DNA of 38,800 nt, taken from UHGV virus genome UHGV-0203104; one strand, given 5' to 3'. A program made the position numbers and the translations under genes. Origin of the DNA: a virus. Below, piece after piece: positions 37,759 to 38,800 of this stretch (positions within the stretch are counted from its first letter, which is position 1; each line of letters starts with the position of its first letter). A model generated the notes under the pieces. It was not told the DNA's origin, did not search any database, and worked only from the letters and a program-made list of their open reading frames with translations.

Positions 37759-37782
37759 AGCCCGCTGATGCGGGCTTTTTTA
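37759..37782 (+). terminator. Rho-independent terminator downstream of attR (probably the ancestral ssrA terminator)
   Basis: GCCCGC-tgat-GCGGGC hairpin followed by TTTTTTATT. Confidence 0.5.
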
Positions 37783-38212
37783 TTGGTCCTGACCCGCCCT
37801 GAATAGAATTCATCCAATTACAGTCCAGACATATACAGTATCCCTCAGCTCAGTATCAGCTTCTCGACAAATGGTCACTGTTATTTACCCGTTGCCAGAA
37901 AGAGAATAATTTGCCCCCATAGCCAGCCTTCCCGGAATCTGTATATTCATTAATATTGTTATCGATTCCATCAAGTAACATAGGTTGGATGCGATTGATC
38001 TTACTCACATTAGTCGACACGGAACTCAGTAAGTTGAACTCTGAAAAAGCAGTTTAAATAGCATTTAAACAAATGCCACCAGTTCGAAAAAGAGTATAAG
38101 CACACTTAATATATTGTTTTAATTATTCATTTCCTTTCAACCCAATTCTTATCCCTCACATTATTTGTTATTAATTTGTTGTTTTTGATCACAATAAGAA
38201 AACAATATGTAA

Positions 38213-38800
<588 letters not shown>

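Noticed and set aside
37631-37813. 60-aa minus-strand ORF just outside attR
   Set aside because: Overlaps the terminator hairpin, has no RBS and lies in host intergenic DNA.

Overview
This window holds a complete P2/186-like (peduovirus-type) prophage of about 36.4 kb, inserted in the 3' end of the tmRNA gene ssrA of an Escherichia-like chromosome. Everything here was read by eye: gene calls rest on the ORF track, recalled motifs and P2 gene order, with no database search or computation. Host flanks are smpB and ssrA on the left and the 5' end of csiD/glaH on the right; the prophage is bounded by a 46-bp direct repeat (1209-1254 and 37585-37630). The late region is P2-like (ogr, D, U, T, E/E', FII, FI, H, I, J, W, V, S, R, a lysis cassette, X, L, M, N, O, P, Q) and includes an invertible tail-fibre segment with a Hin/Gin-family invertase. 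The early region is 186-like (cI-int, apl, cII, rolling-circle initiator A, Dam, TraR/DksA-like, a LexA-boxed tum/dinI-like operon). Five AT-rich or out-of-place cargo genes are the candidates for accessory or defence functions: a 339-aa gene wedged between V and S, a terminase ATPase-domain paralog between P and Q, a 778-aa RloC-like ATPase between Q and a cos-like site, an N-terminally hydrophobic protein between int and attR, and a small WYL-like/BRCT protein next to attL. None is confirmed as a defence system.
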